The position numbers and the translations under genes were made by a program. DNA of 64,000 nucleotides, taken from assembly GCA_040285855.1 (NCBI GenBank), contig JAUFOQ010000005.1, positions 930,001-994,000 of the forward strand. The letters are read 5' to 3'. This stretch comes from Eukaryota sp. GEM-RC1 (lineage: Eukaryota). The notes under the pieces are model-generated. The model worked only from the letters and a program-made list of their open reading frames with translations. It searched no databases and was not told the origin of the DNA. Numbering within the stretch: the first letter of the stretch is position 1; every line of letters begins with the position of its first letter. Shown here in pieces: positions 26,174 through 38,894 of the stretch.

Positions 26174-26692
26174 ATGAAGGTTGTTTTCGCTATCGCTTTG
26201 TTTGTCGCCCTGGCTTTCGCAGGCTGTCGATGTCCAGGATCTTGTGGATCCGGTTATTCTGGCTCTGTTGTTGATTGTTTCTGTTGGTGTCAGCGAGCCG
26301 CTGCTTCAATGGGAACATCATATGATGCTACATGTTCTCATTTCCCGAGTGGTTCTTTCAGCTCTGGTGGATGTTCCCTTTGTGATTCTACCATAAGAAG
26401 TCTCAGTACTGAAACATTTGTTGTAGAAATCTTCGAAAAAAGCCTCTCAGAAGCCATCATGGGAGTAGATTCCAACCACGGTAAGATCTTTCCAGTTCAT
26501 CGTTGCAAATGCCATGATGGAACTTGTAACTGGGGATTCTCTGGTAATTACAATCAATGTGATGCTTGGGCTAATGGACAGGCTTATCGATTCCTAAACG
26601 GCCAATACACTGTCTCCTTTTTTCCTCGTGGATCGTATTCTTCCGGAGGATGTAGTATTTGTGGCCAGACAGATCCCTGCAAATCCTTTTAA
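26174..26692 (+). CDS. Small secreted Cys/Gly/Ser-rich protein with two homologous modules (172 aa)
   Basis: Signal peptide MKVVFAIALFVALAFA; modules GCRCPGSC...HFPSGSFSSGGCSLC and RCKCHDGTC...FFPRGSYSSGGCSIC. Confidence 0.8.
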   Translation: MKVVFAIALFVALAFAGCRCPGSCGSGYSGSVVDCFCWCQRAAASMGTSYDATCSHFPSGSFSSGGCSLCDSTIRSLSTETFVVEIFEKSLSEAIMGVDSNHGKIFPVHRCKCHDGTCNWGFSGNYNQCDAWANGQAYRFLNGQYTVSFFPRGSYSSGGCSICGQTDPCKSF

Positions 26693-26950
26693 GTTTGTTT
26701 TTATGATAAACGGATTGTTTGAATAGAATCAATGATGTGATACTGGAAACTGTCGATTGGTTATTCTGTTTCTAATGCTATAAGTCACTGATTTAAAGAA
26801 TGTTCATATACATTGTTGACTTGGATGAGTGAGTTAAACACACCCAGTAAATTGTTCTTCGTACAATTCGATTTAATAAAATGTCAAAAGTTTTGGAAAC
26901 TATTGTTGATTAATAAATGGTTAATACATTATGATTTGGTTCCTTTTATG

Positions 26951-28181
26951 TAGAGCTGTCAACGGCTTGAGTCGTATGGTTTGGCTTGAGCCATTTGAGT
27001 AAGCCAAACCAGAGTGACACGTCGACTTGAAGCCGAGCCAAGTCGATATTTTTTCGGCTTGAATGAACAAATACTTTGTAATTGTTTCTGTTGATGAAAC
27101 TCATCACAAACTACTGTGGTTTTATTACAAAGGTGGATGAATACCTTGATGTCTTGTGAATCTAAAGAAAGAGCAGATTGATCGTTTTCGTCATCACTAC
27201 AATAAACTAATTCAGAGCCATAATTGAGCCAATCCTTTAAGCATCAACGAAGTTAAAGATCCGTCGTCAAGTGATGATCGTTTTTTTGCACTTGAAATGG
27301 TCAGCAACGGAAAAAACCCTTTCACAGGGAATTGAAATTACAGGAATGATCAGGAAATCTCTGTTCTGTGCAATTACCACTATACAAGCGGACTAATATC
27401 AACTCTTGTACCTTTGAAATCGATCTTCTTCCACTATAACCTCATGACCATCAGGGGAAGTGGTGAGAAAAGTCAGAATTCCTTGGTGATTTTTCAGTCA
27501 TGAGAGAGAGAAGCAGTAAATCTACAATGGTAAGAATTTGTCGGTAATGATCACAATTATGAGTGCGCTAGCGGTATTTCTATAACTTTTTGTATTTATT
27601 TGTACGTCTTATGAATCGGTGTATGTAACCAATGTAATGAACTCGGTCAACGATGACGCAGAAGGGGTGAGTATCTTTTGATGTGCATTTGTCCCAAACA
27701 CTAGTCATCATGGGAACTGTAATGTACTGCGAGCCTGAAAGCAATTTGGTAGTATTGTACATATGCTGTAAGAAGTTTTTGAGTAATTGTAAATTGAAAG
27801 ATTCTGCTTTAAAGTCACTGAAATGACGTTCCTTCACTGTGGAAAAGAGTTATTAATGTAAGGAAGATTCTGAAGATATGAACAAATTTTATCAGTAATG
27901 ATCACAATTATGAGTGTGCTAGCGGTTTGTATATTCCTTTTTGTATTTGTTTGTACATCTTGTGAATATCTTGTGAATCGATGTATGTAATGAACTTGGT
28001 CAACTTGTTCATTTGTTCGAAGTAAGTTCAAGCCGCGGCTTGAGCCGAATGGTTTGGCTTGGAGAAATCCAAACTGGTTCGGCTTTGGCTTGAGCCATTT
28101 GAGTAAGCCGAACCAAATTTCGATATGGTTTGGTTCAAGTCGTTCGGTTTACGGCTTGAGCCGAACCGTTTGACAGCTCTA
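26951..28181 (-). mobile_element. hAT deletion derivative with transposase remnant
   Basis: TIR TAGAGCTGTCAA; GGCTTGAG/CCGAACC subterminal repeats; minus-strand RDFLIIPVISIPCERVFSVA (~27300-27362) matches the hAT C-terminal dimerization motif. No TSD seen. Confidence 0.85.
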
Positions 28182-28570
28182 ATAAAACCCAAATAAAAAC
28201 AAAATATTTTATTAGTACATTTTCTCTCAGTCCCCATCGATGAATACACAATCCATTTGATCATCCCTTTCTTGTCGAAAAAGGTTAGTGTTCTTCCTGC
28301 TTCGTGTAATTTCTCTACCTGTGTCGTCATTCCATAGAGATCTGTGGATCTTCAACATTAGTTCAATATTCAGCATCGTGGACGACCATGAGAATCGTTC
28401 ACTGATCATATGCCCGGATATAGTCGTTGGATTGGCTTAAAAAACAGGTAAAAGCTCGACTGCATCGGTTAGGTTCGACAATGAAATGGCAAAGTTTGAT
28501 GCAAAATGTCTCAACTTTGATTTTTGGCTGATTATGTGAGCTTGATTATGTTCACACATCCTGTTTCAAG

Positions 28571-28875
28571 TAGGGGTGGGCAAAAGTTAACCCACTAAAG
28601 TCAAACTAAACTGAACTAATGACGTATCAAAGTGTAACGGTAAATTCGTTAGTTGCACTAACACTAAACTAACAAGTAATTATTCGGGTGAAAACCAAAT
28701 TCAGATTCCTTTAGTCGGGTGAAAACTAAACTAAACTGTCATTAGTCGGGTGAAAACTAAATTCTGATTTTATTAGTCAAACCAAAGTGAAACCAAAGTA
28801 TGTGCACCAATTGGTACACCAAAGTTAACTTTAGTACCGGGTTAACCTACCAAATTGACTTTATGCCCACCACTA
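28571..28875. mobile_element. hAT-type MITE, 305 bp
   Basis: TIR TAGGGGTGGGCA/TAGTGGTGGGCA; perfect 8-bp TSD GTTTCAAG (28563-28570, 28876-28883); ACTAAA repeats. Confidence 0.9.
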
Positions 28876-29235
28876 GTTTCAAGTCGATCAACATCCTTGA
28901 GTACTAAATTAACCCATGCACTATAAAGATCAATGAAGTTTACTTTGCAGCATTTTATATTATTTATATTTTGTTTGATTTGCATGATCGTGAAAAAGTG
29001 TCAAAAATATATATAAATATAAATAAATAGAAATTATGGTATATTTATTTATGAGGAGCCCTGGTGACAATGATGATGAGGACTAGGATGAATGATTTCA
29101 AAACTGTGTCTACGTGTAGGTTGATAGATTTTCTAAAAGGTACATCGTACATTTTCAATTTGGAGACACGTGTTGACACGTGTTTTGCAAAATCTTTTCC
29201 CCTGCTCAAAAAGTCACTTTAGCAATTGCATTGCA

Positions 29236-32200
29236 ATGGAACCCAAAACTATTTCCACAACTCAACCCGGTGATAAACGCCGCGAAAGAGACAACACTTC
29301 CGCTCCTCCAGATAAACGTCTACGGAAGCAACCTGCTTCGCCCAAGCTTTTGCTGCTCCGTCCCCCAGCTCCACTTCTCCGTGGGCTGTTCTTATGTCAC
29401 TAACTTGCAGTTTTAAAGATATCTCAATAAGCTCAAACAAACTTCGTTTTGGCTCCGACAAGGATTGTTCCATTACTTTCCCTAGTTCACTCCCCTGCCA
29501 AAACCTGCACTCTCTACCCATTACCCGAACACTCTTGCATTGGTCTATCTGTTTCCCAATCTGCCGTAGACTCTTCCATCGTCACAGTCAACTCCGAACC
29601 TGTTACTGCTCCTACAATCCTCCGCCACGGAGACGTCCTTGCTCTCCACTCTCAATACATCTTCTGCCTCTGCACTGATGTCTCATCCATCTCATCTTCA
29701 TCTACTCACAAGAGACAAACCCCTAAAAACCCTCTTTACGTTGAACAACTTACTTCCCTCCTCTCATCCAACCTTCAACAACCATCTACATCATCCTTAT
29801 CTCCTGCTCTTATGGAAATGGTTCCCCAACGTGCTCTCGTTGAACTTGAGACCATTCTCAAGGTTTCCCTCAACAAATCTTGTCTTCCTTCTCATACTAA
29901 GCCTATTCTAACAAACCAAGTCCTCCTTGAAGGTCCAATCAACTCTGGAATCAATCACGAAGAGATTGTTGTCCAGTTGGCTTCCACTCTCAATACTCCT
30001 GTGTTACTTGTCCCTCAAGGATTCTTCACTTCTTTCCATGTACCCACACCCAAAAGACCTAAAGGTGGGTTAAAACTGTCACGACTTGATGATGATTTCA
30101 TGGATGACGATTACTCTGGACTTGATGATAATCTAGATGATGATATTTCCATTGAAGAATTCGATGATGATGACAAGTATGGCGATGATTCCAATCAAAG
30201 TACCAGTTCAAACGCTCTTCTAGGAATGGTTTTGAGTGATAGATCTCTGCCCTCTCATATAAGACAAACGCTGAACAGAGTGAACCCCAAGAATATCTCC
30301 TTTGTTGTTGACGATGGAACTCACCAGTATCCAGGAGATTTCAAGAGAAGTTATGATGATTCTCAACAGAAGAAAACTGATGACGGTGCAGTTGAAGCTG
30401 AGGATGATGACGTGTCAGTCTTCACGAGTCTTGTTGACTCTTTAGAACCCATGAATGATCACGAATGTCCTTTTAAGGTAGGAGATCGTGTTGTTTTTGA
30501 ATCCAAGAAGATTCTTGCATCAGATGGAAATCTTGATCATTGTTTCAACTTACCTCCAAGCAAAGCCACTGGTACAGTCGTCTACTCCATCAACCACAAG
30601 CTAGTCGCAGTAGACTTTGACAAACCCTTTAAATCATCAGTTGCTCTCAATGGCCTCTCCCCTGAACCTTCTGCTGGAGCTGTAGTTAACGCTGATAGTC
30701 TTATACTTGAGGATACCAGTGCTTTGAACTTCTCCCCTACTGACGCACTTGATATCTTGGGAGACTTCGTTGCTGACCAATGTAAGGATGACAGTCAGAA
30801 GTTGGTTGTTTTGATACATGATCCTATGAACTGCTTTAAGTCGTATGTATCCCAGTTCAAACTTTTCCAAAAGAAGCTTAACGACCTTCCTGTTTGTTTG
30901 ATTATCTCTTTGCCACGTCATGTCCAGTCATATAAACAGTCATCAGCTAAGGATAAGGGCTTTTCTGGTCTGTTAGAGTTAGTTTCTAATAAGTCTAGTG
31001 ATAATCCCTTCTCAAGTGCTTCTCAACGTGATACCACGTTACCACCACCAGTTGATGATACTTTGGCTAAGCTGTTTACCTTTAGAATTGTTACATCACT
31101 GCCTATGGAACAAGGAACTCAGCTAATCAACATGGAGAAGAAGTTTACTGTTGATGCTAAAATTATAAATTTCAAGGCAAATATGGTCATGTTGCGATTA
31201 GGCTTGGTTTTCATTGGATGCAGAGTTCCAGATAACTTCATTTCTGACTTGGAATCCAACGAAACAGCGACTAAATCACTTTCCCGAACAATCTTCTCTG
31301 TTGTTGACGTCAAGAGAATTCTATTAATCGCTATTTCCCAATCAGCAATCATTTCGGCCACCACGCTAACAGAATCTGTCATTAAATGGGTTGAAGTCAA
31401 GCCTTTAACACATCCCACTCCAAAGACCTCTGATGAAGTCTCACGGTCAGTTTCCCAATTGTTTGCTGGAGCTGCCAGACGGTTAAAGGAATGTTCAGCT
31501 GACGATGATCATGAGGACTCAGTTTTAAACGAAGCAATGCCTCCAGGACGATTAAAGATTTCATTTGGAGATATTGGATCTCTTGATGATATCAAAAACG
31601 ATTTAGTCCAACATTTGATTTTGCCCCTTCGTCGACCTGAGCTCTTCTCAGCCTCTCATCTTTCTAAATCAAGCAAGGGAGTTTTGTTGTTTGGTCCTCC
31701 AGGAACTGGTAAGACAATGTTAGCTAAGGCAGTCGCAGCTGAATCAGGAGCTGTATTCATTCCAGTTTCCAGTGCTACGTTAGGATCAAAATTCTTTGGT
31801 GATTCTGAGCGATTGGCACGAGCTCTTTTCTTGATTGCTAGAAAGCTTGCTCCTTCAATCATTTTTCTAGACGAAGCTGATGCTCTTTTAGGTTCAAGAT
31901 CAGGTGGTCAAGAACACGAAGCCAACAGAAAAATTAAAAATATTCTTCTTGAAATGTGGGATGGTCTATCATCCGATCCTTCAAAAGCCAGTTGTTGTCC
32001 TCTGCTCTACAAACCGTCCTCATGATTTAGACGACGCTGTGCTGCGTAGACTTCCACTTCGGTTACTCGTGGATATACCTGAGAAACAAGATCGTGAGTA
32101 TATTTTACAGACAATTCTTGGATCAGAAAAGATTGATGGAATTTCGATTGAAGAACTTTCTGATAAGACAAAGGGCTTCTCTGGTTCTGATCTCCAGTCT

Positions 32201-32513
32201 CTCTGTCAACAAGCTGCTTTCCATCGAATCTCGGACTATCTTAAAACTGAAACTCAAGGAGATTTCAAATCTGATGAGCCTTTGTGGAAGGGAAGTTTTA
32301 TCTAAAATGCCAGTCACTAGTTATGAACCTGATGAGATTCCTAATGTTGATATGAGGGGTTTGACCAAGGATGATTTTGATGTTGCATTGAAGAATGTCT
32401 CTGCTTCTATCTCTGAGGATACGACGGCTTCTCAAGCAATAAGGAAATGGAATGAGACCTTTGGAACGAAGGGAAGTCTAGGGAAGAAGATGAAGTTGAG
32501 CTATTATACGTAG
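29236..32513 (+). CDS. AAA+ ATPase of the Msp1/ATAD1-related group with N-terminal FHA-like region
   Basis: GVLLFGPPGTGKT, IIFLDEAD, STNRPHDLDDAVLRR, GFSGSDL, KWNETFG; FHA-like LRFGS...LRHGD; intron 29381-29410; four single-base indels in homopolymers. Confidence 0.85.
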
Positions 32514-32731
32514 AAGAATGTTTTTGACTTGTTTGTAGGTCTTTTTCTAGTGTTTTTTGTGAACATAAATAGTTTTCTTTTATTTTTGATATTTGTATAC
32601 CACCAACTGAACAAACATCAGTGTACAACCTTGTAACTCAGAACAACAACACAATACTTTTGTTAGAAGATTGTTGGAAACTGTTCTATCAAAAGAGCTA
32701 TTTCAATGAATTTTGCCGGCGCTATCATTTG

Positions 32732-34235
32732 ATGGATGATGACCTTTTCACTGACTTATGGGACTCTCCCATGGTAGAACAGTCTCCTGTGGGTATTCCT
32801 ACGTGTTCTTCTCCCAAGAAACTTCCTGAAGTAAAAAAGTTCTTCATTACCTATCCAAAACCACAACACACACCACAACGGAAACAAATCCCTGCTACAT
32901 CGACATTGACTGCTCATAATACAGACAATTCACCACTTCTGCAACGATCGTCTTTTCAGCCCACAAAGTTCTCAAGATATGCAAATCCCCATAAAAGACC
33001 CCCGCCTCAACCTTTGTTGCAACCTCATGTACCTAACATATCACCCCGAGCCACCCCTCGTGTTATCTCTTTCAAAAAGAATGTTGCGTTGTCAACTGCC
33101 ACCTCATCGATCATCAGCAATCCTCTCATACATGATTCTGTCATTTCTCCTGTCACAACTCTTTTGAAGAACTCAACAGACTATTGGATAGAGCCTGCTC
33201 TTATTGACGAACTCTGTTACCTCCTTGACTCCTTTCACATCACTCCACGACCTTCCATCCGACGACTTCTTCCTCCACCTCCTCTTCCACCTACTCCACA
33301 GCTTCCTTCCTTGGTTGTTCCTGCTTTTAAGTGTAGCTATGAGCTGATCCCATTATCATTACAACGCCAATATAGACAAACAGTTATACCGCAGAACCTT
33401 CAAATATTCAGACTCATTTCAATTACTCAATTAGCAAGTCGATCACTATCACTGCAACTGTTACTTTTGATTCACTTCAGTAATCCTTCCGTCAATCTCA
33501 ATGTCATTGACTCTCCTCCAGTCAAGATCAATCCTTATGGTGGGGAAGTGACCGCAGGAATCAAAAGAACAAAATCAAACGATGCTGACGTGATCAAAAG
33601 AGCTCGAACACACAACAACTCTGCAAGTGACGTTTACAACACGCGTGTTCAAGTGGATCCGTCACGTGATACTAGAAAGAGGCCTTTTAGTAGTACAACA
33701 ATGTGTATTAATGTACCTTTAAAGAAGCCAAAGAGTATCGAATTAGTATTTAAACCAGAAGAACAGTCTTCTAAATCCTTTACAGAACCTTCATTTAATG
33801 ATCCCCCAAAGCCTTTTAGTTGCTCCTATGTTCAGTCTACACCACCCCCCCTCTACAAGGAACAGAGTCTTTGTGGAACCCATTGCAAGTGGAAAAGCCA
33901 AAGAGAATTATCCTTTATTTAAAGAAGAGAAAATCGAGAAAAAAGTGGTTTATCCTGAATCTCAAGATTTAAGTCAATCACAAACACAAACTGTTCAGTT
34001 TGATATCGATACTATTACGTTGAAAGGACATGAAGGAGTTGAGATTGAACATCCAGTATATCCAGATTCGTTAGTATTTCAGGATTTGAAATCTCAAGAT
34101 TTTTTAAATACTAAAAGATCAAAACGAGTTTTAGACCATGATTTTTTTGATGAGGATCAAAGTAGTCCTGATTGTTTAGTAGAATCGTCGTTTGAAAGGA
34201 CAATGTCCGCAGTGTATACAGTTTTGAAATCTTAA
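32732..34235 (+). CDS. Hypothetical Pro/Ser/Thr-rich, probably disordered protein
   Basis: Long ORF from ATG 32732, joined by a +1 indel (~33875) to ORF 33798..34235. No recognisable domain. Confidence 0.55.
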
Positions 34236-34405
34236 ATAATCTTGTGAATTAAAGTTTTAATATACAGTTGACACTATTAGTATCATTGGTCGGAACACGT
34301 GATGTAATATAGACGATCAAAAAAAATGATGAAACAAATATACACTCAATGCAAACTAACAAACTATAAATACAAAAAAAATTTAATAAATGCAGGTGAG
34401 CAGTC

Positions 34406-36733
34406 TCAATCAAAAGAATCATAAGTTCGATCATTGAAACAATTTAAACCAACTTCATAGATTCGAGTCAAACATTGGAACCCTTTTAAACAGAATTCTC
34501 CAATATTCTTGAAAGATCCACCCCCAAACAGTGCAAAATCATAATCTTCACAAGCCTGTCTAGCTTCATCTCCAATGAATATTTGTCCTCCTTTTGCTGA
34601 GTTGCAGATCCTGGAAGCAAGATTAACAGAGGGACCAAAGAAATCTTTTCTTGAGGATTCAACAGAATGAGTACGAATTGAAAAGGCAGATCCAACATTA
34701 ATTCCAAACCGTATTCTTATACCTCTAAATAAAATCTTTCCATTTTCATCACAAACTACCTTACACAGAGGATCATTTAAAATATTAGCTGGATAATCTG
34801 CTGACAGTAGCTGAAACTGAACGTATAACGCTAGGGAAAGCAACGATTTAGCATTACGCGAAACAATAAAATAAGAATCGCCTTCTGTCTTAACTGCATA
34901 CGCATTAAAACAAGGATTTGATAAAGCTTTTGACCAAATAGAATCATGTAAAGCTGAAACTTTGTTCATTTCCTCTGGATAATCTACCCACAGTCTTGTA
35001 CTGTCCTGTATATCCGAAAACAACATCGCGAGAGACTCATTTGACTCAGCAGGAGCCAATGGACAAGACACTCCAAAGGAAAGTGTTCCAAAGGAGAGGT
35101 TTAGATGTTTGTTAGTAGTAGAATAACCCAACTTACCTACTTCTCCATAAGGAAACATCATCAAGAAAGGAGCATCCTTGTAAATCCTTTTAATCCTGGG
35201 AAAAACTAACTTTTCAAAGTCTTCTTCATCAAAAACTCCTTGGACAGCAGCGCACCAAAGGAACAAACCTCCGTGAATTGAGCAGAGACTTCCCTGGATT
35301 AAACGGTTCAAAGCAATAACCCTCCTAAGAATCTGCTTCCGTGTACCTGCCATAAGCGTGAGTTCTTGACCCTCTTCCACGTCAACAAACAGGCTAATTC
35401 CCAATGATTTAGTAAGATACGCTGGAACAAGCAGTTGATATGTCTCTTCTTCTTCGTCACTTTCTTCAGAGAGAATTCCTAATGGAAACAGCGTCGTTCG
35501 AGTCAGAATAGGATCCTTTGTATCAGTCTTTTTCCTTCTGTTGATTTCTTCAGAAGTCAACAGGTCATTAATTGTTCCTGGTGCCCATTTAGAGTAAACT
35601 ACAGCTGCAGCTTCATTGTCTATTTCCTCAATGGTTCTATTACTTGAAGTTTTAGTTATTATGCCACTAGTAGCTGTTGGAGCAAACCCTGAAGTGAAAC
35701 GAGAAACAGCAGGACAACTTGAGAAAATAAAGAGCAATGATAGCCAACATTCTTCTTCTGGAGCAGAGGAAACCACTGAGCACTCATTGGTAGTACTAGT
35801 GTCAAATGAAGCAACACAACCAAATATGGATACAGTTTTGGGGAAATAGGTTTCAAGAGAGGAGATGATACAGCTCTCGTGACCAGGTTTGCCGGCATAT
35901 GCCACGGAGAGAAGATTATCATTTCCATGTTTCTTTGCTTCAGTCATTGCTTCATCACACACCTGGGAGATTTGGTCTGTGAGAGAGTCGGGGTCAGTGA
36001 GAGGAATACCTTTAGAGAAGTAGAAACCTTTGGGATCGCGGATAGCTAGAAAGGAGAAGACGGGGGTTTCAGAAGAAATGTCCTTGGCTACACCTTTTTC
36101 AGTGATGACAGTGCTGTGGGTGGTGCAACCGTAGAAAGGTATGTCAGGGGCAAGAGACGTGATCGTAGATTGTATTAGATCAGAAGGATGTACAGAAGAG
36201 TAGAAAACACAGAGAGCAGAGGGAGGACATCCTAGCTGGTTACTGACATCGTAGAAGGCTTCTTTGATGGCGGAAAGTGTGGAAGCTTTGCGGGAGACAG
36301 CGGTGGCAACAGCGGGCGCCGATGTTTGACTGGTTGTTAATTTCTGGCAGTAAATGTCAAGGTGTTTCTGTTTGGAGGATAAATGATTTAATAGATGACG
36401 TGCTATTAAGGTGGTGAGCTGCCAATTTTCTTGAAGGTGGAAATCGTCCTCAGTGTATAAGTCTAGGTATTGTTTGAATTTGCTGCCCAAGATACCTTTA
36501 AGATGACGGAATGTTAACTCATCCGGCTGGCAACTATATTTACAGCTTTCTGCATGTAGGTAAGCAAGGATGTCAAATTGACGGGGAGAAACATCAAGAT
36601 GAGACATTTGCATCGTGTCAAGAGATGTTGGATCTGAAATGCGACGACTGTCTCGATAAAGTTCATACTGGTTGGAAGACTTAGTTTTAGGTTGACTATC
36701 AACGCTTTCTAGAACAGATATGCATGTTCCCAT
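34406..36733 (-). CDS. FIST (NosP-like) domain / class III adenylate cyclase fusion, copy 1
   Basis: 775 aa. FIST motifs FYGCTT, RTIEEIDNEAAAVVYSKW, LFVDVEEGQELTLMAG, PYGEVG...HLNLS; cyclase motifs FSDIQDST, VKTEGD, RFGINVG, DFFGPSVNLASRI; N-terminus MGTCIS. Confidence 0.88.
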   Translation of the reverse strand: MGTCISVLESVDSQPKTKSSNQYELYRDSRRISDPTSLDTMQMSHLDVSPRQFDILAYLHAESCKYSCQPDELTFRHLKGILGSKFKQYLDLYTEDDFHLQENWQLTTLIARHLLNHLSSKQKHLDIYCQKLTTSQTSAPAVATAVSRKASTLSAIKEAFYDVSNQLGCPPSALCVFYSSVHPSDLIQSTITSLAPDIPFYGCTTHSTVITEKGVAKDISSETPVFSFLAIRDPKGFYFSKGIPLTDPDSLTDQISQVCDEAMTEAKKHGNDNLLSVAYAGKPGHESCIISSLETYFPKTVSIFGCVASFDTSTTNECSVVSSAPEEECWLSLLFIFSSCPAVSRFTSGFAPTATSGIITKTSSNRTIEEIDNEAAAVVYSKWAPGTINDLLTSEEINRRKKTDTKDPILTRTTLFPLGILSEESDEEEETYQLLVPAYLTKSLGISLFVDVEEGQELTLMAGTRKQILRRVIALNRLIQGSLCSIHGGLFLWCAAVQGVFDEEDFEKLVFPRIKRIYKDAPFLMMFPYGEVGKLGYSTTNKHLNLSFGTLSFGVSCPLAPAESNESLAMLFSDIQDSTRLWVDYPEEMNKVSALHDSIWSKALSNPCFNAYAVKTEGDSYFIVSRNAKSLLSLALYVQFQLLSADYPANILNDPLCKVVCDENGKILFRGIRIRFGINVGSAFSIRTHSVESSRKDFFGPSVNLASRICNSAKGGQIFIGDEARQACEDYDFALFGGGSFKNIGEFCLKGFQCLTRIYEVGLNCFNDRTYDSFD

Positions 36734-37340
36734 AACCCTGAAGCAGGATGGGTGAACAAGGAATTGGAATACACCACAGCAACTTTAATTGGAGACGTAA
36801 GTGTCTATCGTTTCATTACGTCACTGAGTCTATCTAACCAATTCGTTTGTTGTTGAGTTTACAACTACCTTTAGTTTCTGTGTGTATCAGAGTTTCAATT
36901 CAACAACACTCGGAGAAACTGTATGCGTGTTCTTTGTTTGCCTCGTTAGATAAATCGACTCTAGCTTCTCTAAACGAATTTAACACTATTGTAAGAAAGC
37001 CGCGAAGAGACTGGAGATTTTTTGGGTGCTTTGTTTGCCAAACTTCATTTGTGATTTCGATATCCAGTGGTGATTGTCAGTAAAGTGCCATGGTAGGAAA
37101 GAAGTATTGCAATAAGAACATTAACATTCTGATATTACTGACTATCATTCGTATGAAACCAACAATAGTAGGGTCTTCGACTCACATTGCATTTAATGAG
37201 AGACTAATACGAAATATTAAAATGGCAAAGGGTCCAAAAACCCAATGATTGTACTTTTAAACGATTAGAAGATCGAGAAGCAAATTGTATTTGTACACTG
37301 TTTGGCCATGCAATGAACCGCAACAATAGTATTTGTAAAT

Positions 37341-38636
37341 GAGAAAATATCTCAAATAGACACGTTCCAAACACCCATTATCAAAAATAGACACGTTGTT
37401 GAATCCTTCCAACATCCTCCTCCTTCATGGATAAAGACGAGGAAACTGCGTTAGCATCTATTGTGCGTCAGAAGAACGAAGCTGCTGACAAACTCACTGC
37501 TGGATCTCTTTTTCTCAATAAAATGGAGTTACAAGTTGCTCTTAAGCATTATAACTTATTCCGTGGTGCTAAAACAAAAGTAACTGCAAGTAGTGGCGAT
37601 CGACTGTCGACCACATGTCTTGATGCACAATGCTCTTTCAAGTTAACATCTACATCACAACGTCCCGGTAGACGTACCATGTCTCGTAAGATTGTATTGG
37701 AGAAGTATCCCTTCAAAGTGAACCAGTTTTCCCCTCATACATACCATGGATCCCTTTCTACTACCAATCCAAATGCATGTCCCTTATTCATCTCCAGAAA
37801 CCCTGTGGTCCGAACCAAGATTCGAGCAAATTCTTTTTATTTAACTCGAGACATAATGCATGATATGAAGATCCTTTACAATGTTGATGTTCCATATCTT
37901 ACCGCACACAGGGCGAAGAAATTTTGTATCGACGATATGTTCGGCGGATATGAAGAAAACTTTTCTCTTCTTCCTCTCTATAAATACTACTTTGATCAGA
38001 CTGCTCAAGATTCTATTCTTATTTATTCCACTAATAATGAGATTTTTGACAAACTGTTTCTAATGTATGGAGCCAGTAGAAAAGGATTTGAATTTTGCAG
38101 CAAAGAGCTGCTCATGTAAACGATGGCAAAAGAACGGCTACCCATGTCCTCACGCATTGGCTGTGTTTTTGAAGAAGAAAACGATGCCAACTGAAGGAAT
38201 TGAGGACATACATTCTCTTCAGAACTATGCCTGCACATATGTTGGTATTATTCCGATAATGCCTGATAGATCAGAATGGGCAGAAGTGAGAGGATTGGAT
38301 TGTGTGATTGCCCCCGATCCAAACAATGCTCCTGGTAGACCACGTAAGAAGAGAGCGGATCGTTTTGCATCGCATCAAGCAAGAAAAAGAAGGTTAAGAA
38401 GTCTGACATCGACAATTGGCTAGCTGAGTTTGAGCCAGAGGAGAACCATGACAACTTGATAGAACTCAGAGATTTTGGAGATGTTGAATCAGAAGAGGAA
38501 GAGGCCTTACACAATGAAAGAGAGGAAGTAGAATCTACGGTGTAGATGCTCATAGAAGCAGAGATGGAGAACCCAATAAAACGTGTCTATTTTTGATAAG
38601 GAGATGTAAGGACGTGTCTATTTTTGTAATTGCCTC
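37341..38636 (+). mobile_element. Internally deleted Mutator (MULE) element
   Basis: Long imperfect TIRs (GAG...AAATAGACACGT x2); perfect 10-bp TSD ATTTGTAAAT (37331-37340, 38637-38646); MuDR N-terminal domain, SWIM (CSCKRWQKNGYPCPHALAV) and PGRPRKKR; DDE core missing. Confidence 0.92.
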
Positions 38637-38894
38637 ATTTGTAAATACAATTTGTTAGTTAATAGTGACGTGTCAGTAGTTCTTCTTTCTTGTATAGATC
38701 AATAAACAAGCTTTTCTTCATACTATTGGTGAAAGCACCAACAATTTAGATCATTCGTAAACAGGGCTTTATAAAATTAAATGACATCGGTACGGATAAA
38801 AAAATCGGCACGTACCAAAGATTTGCGCACATTGGTTTGAAAATAGTTATTGATGTTTGTAGATGAAGGGGGCAAATATAAATATCAAAATATA

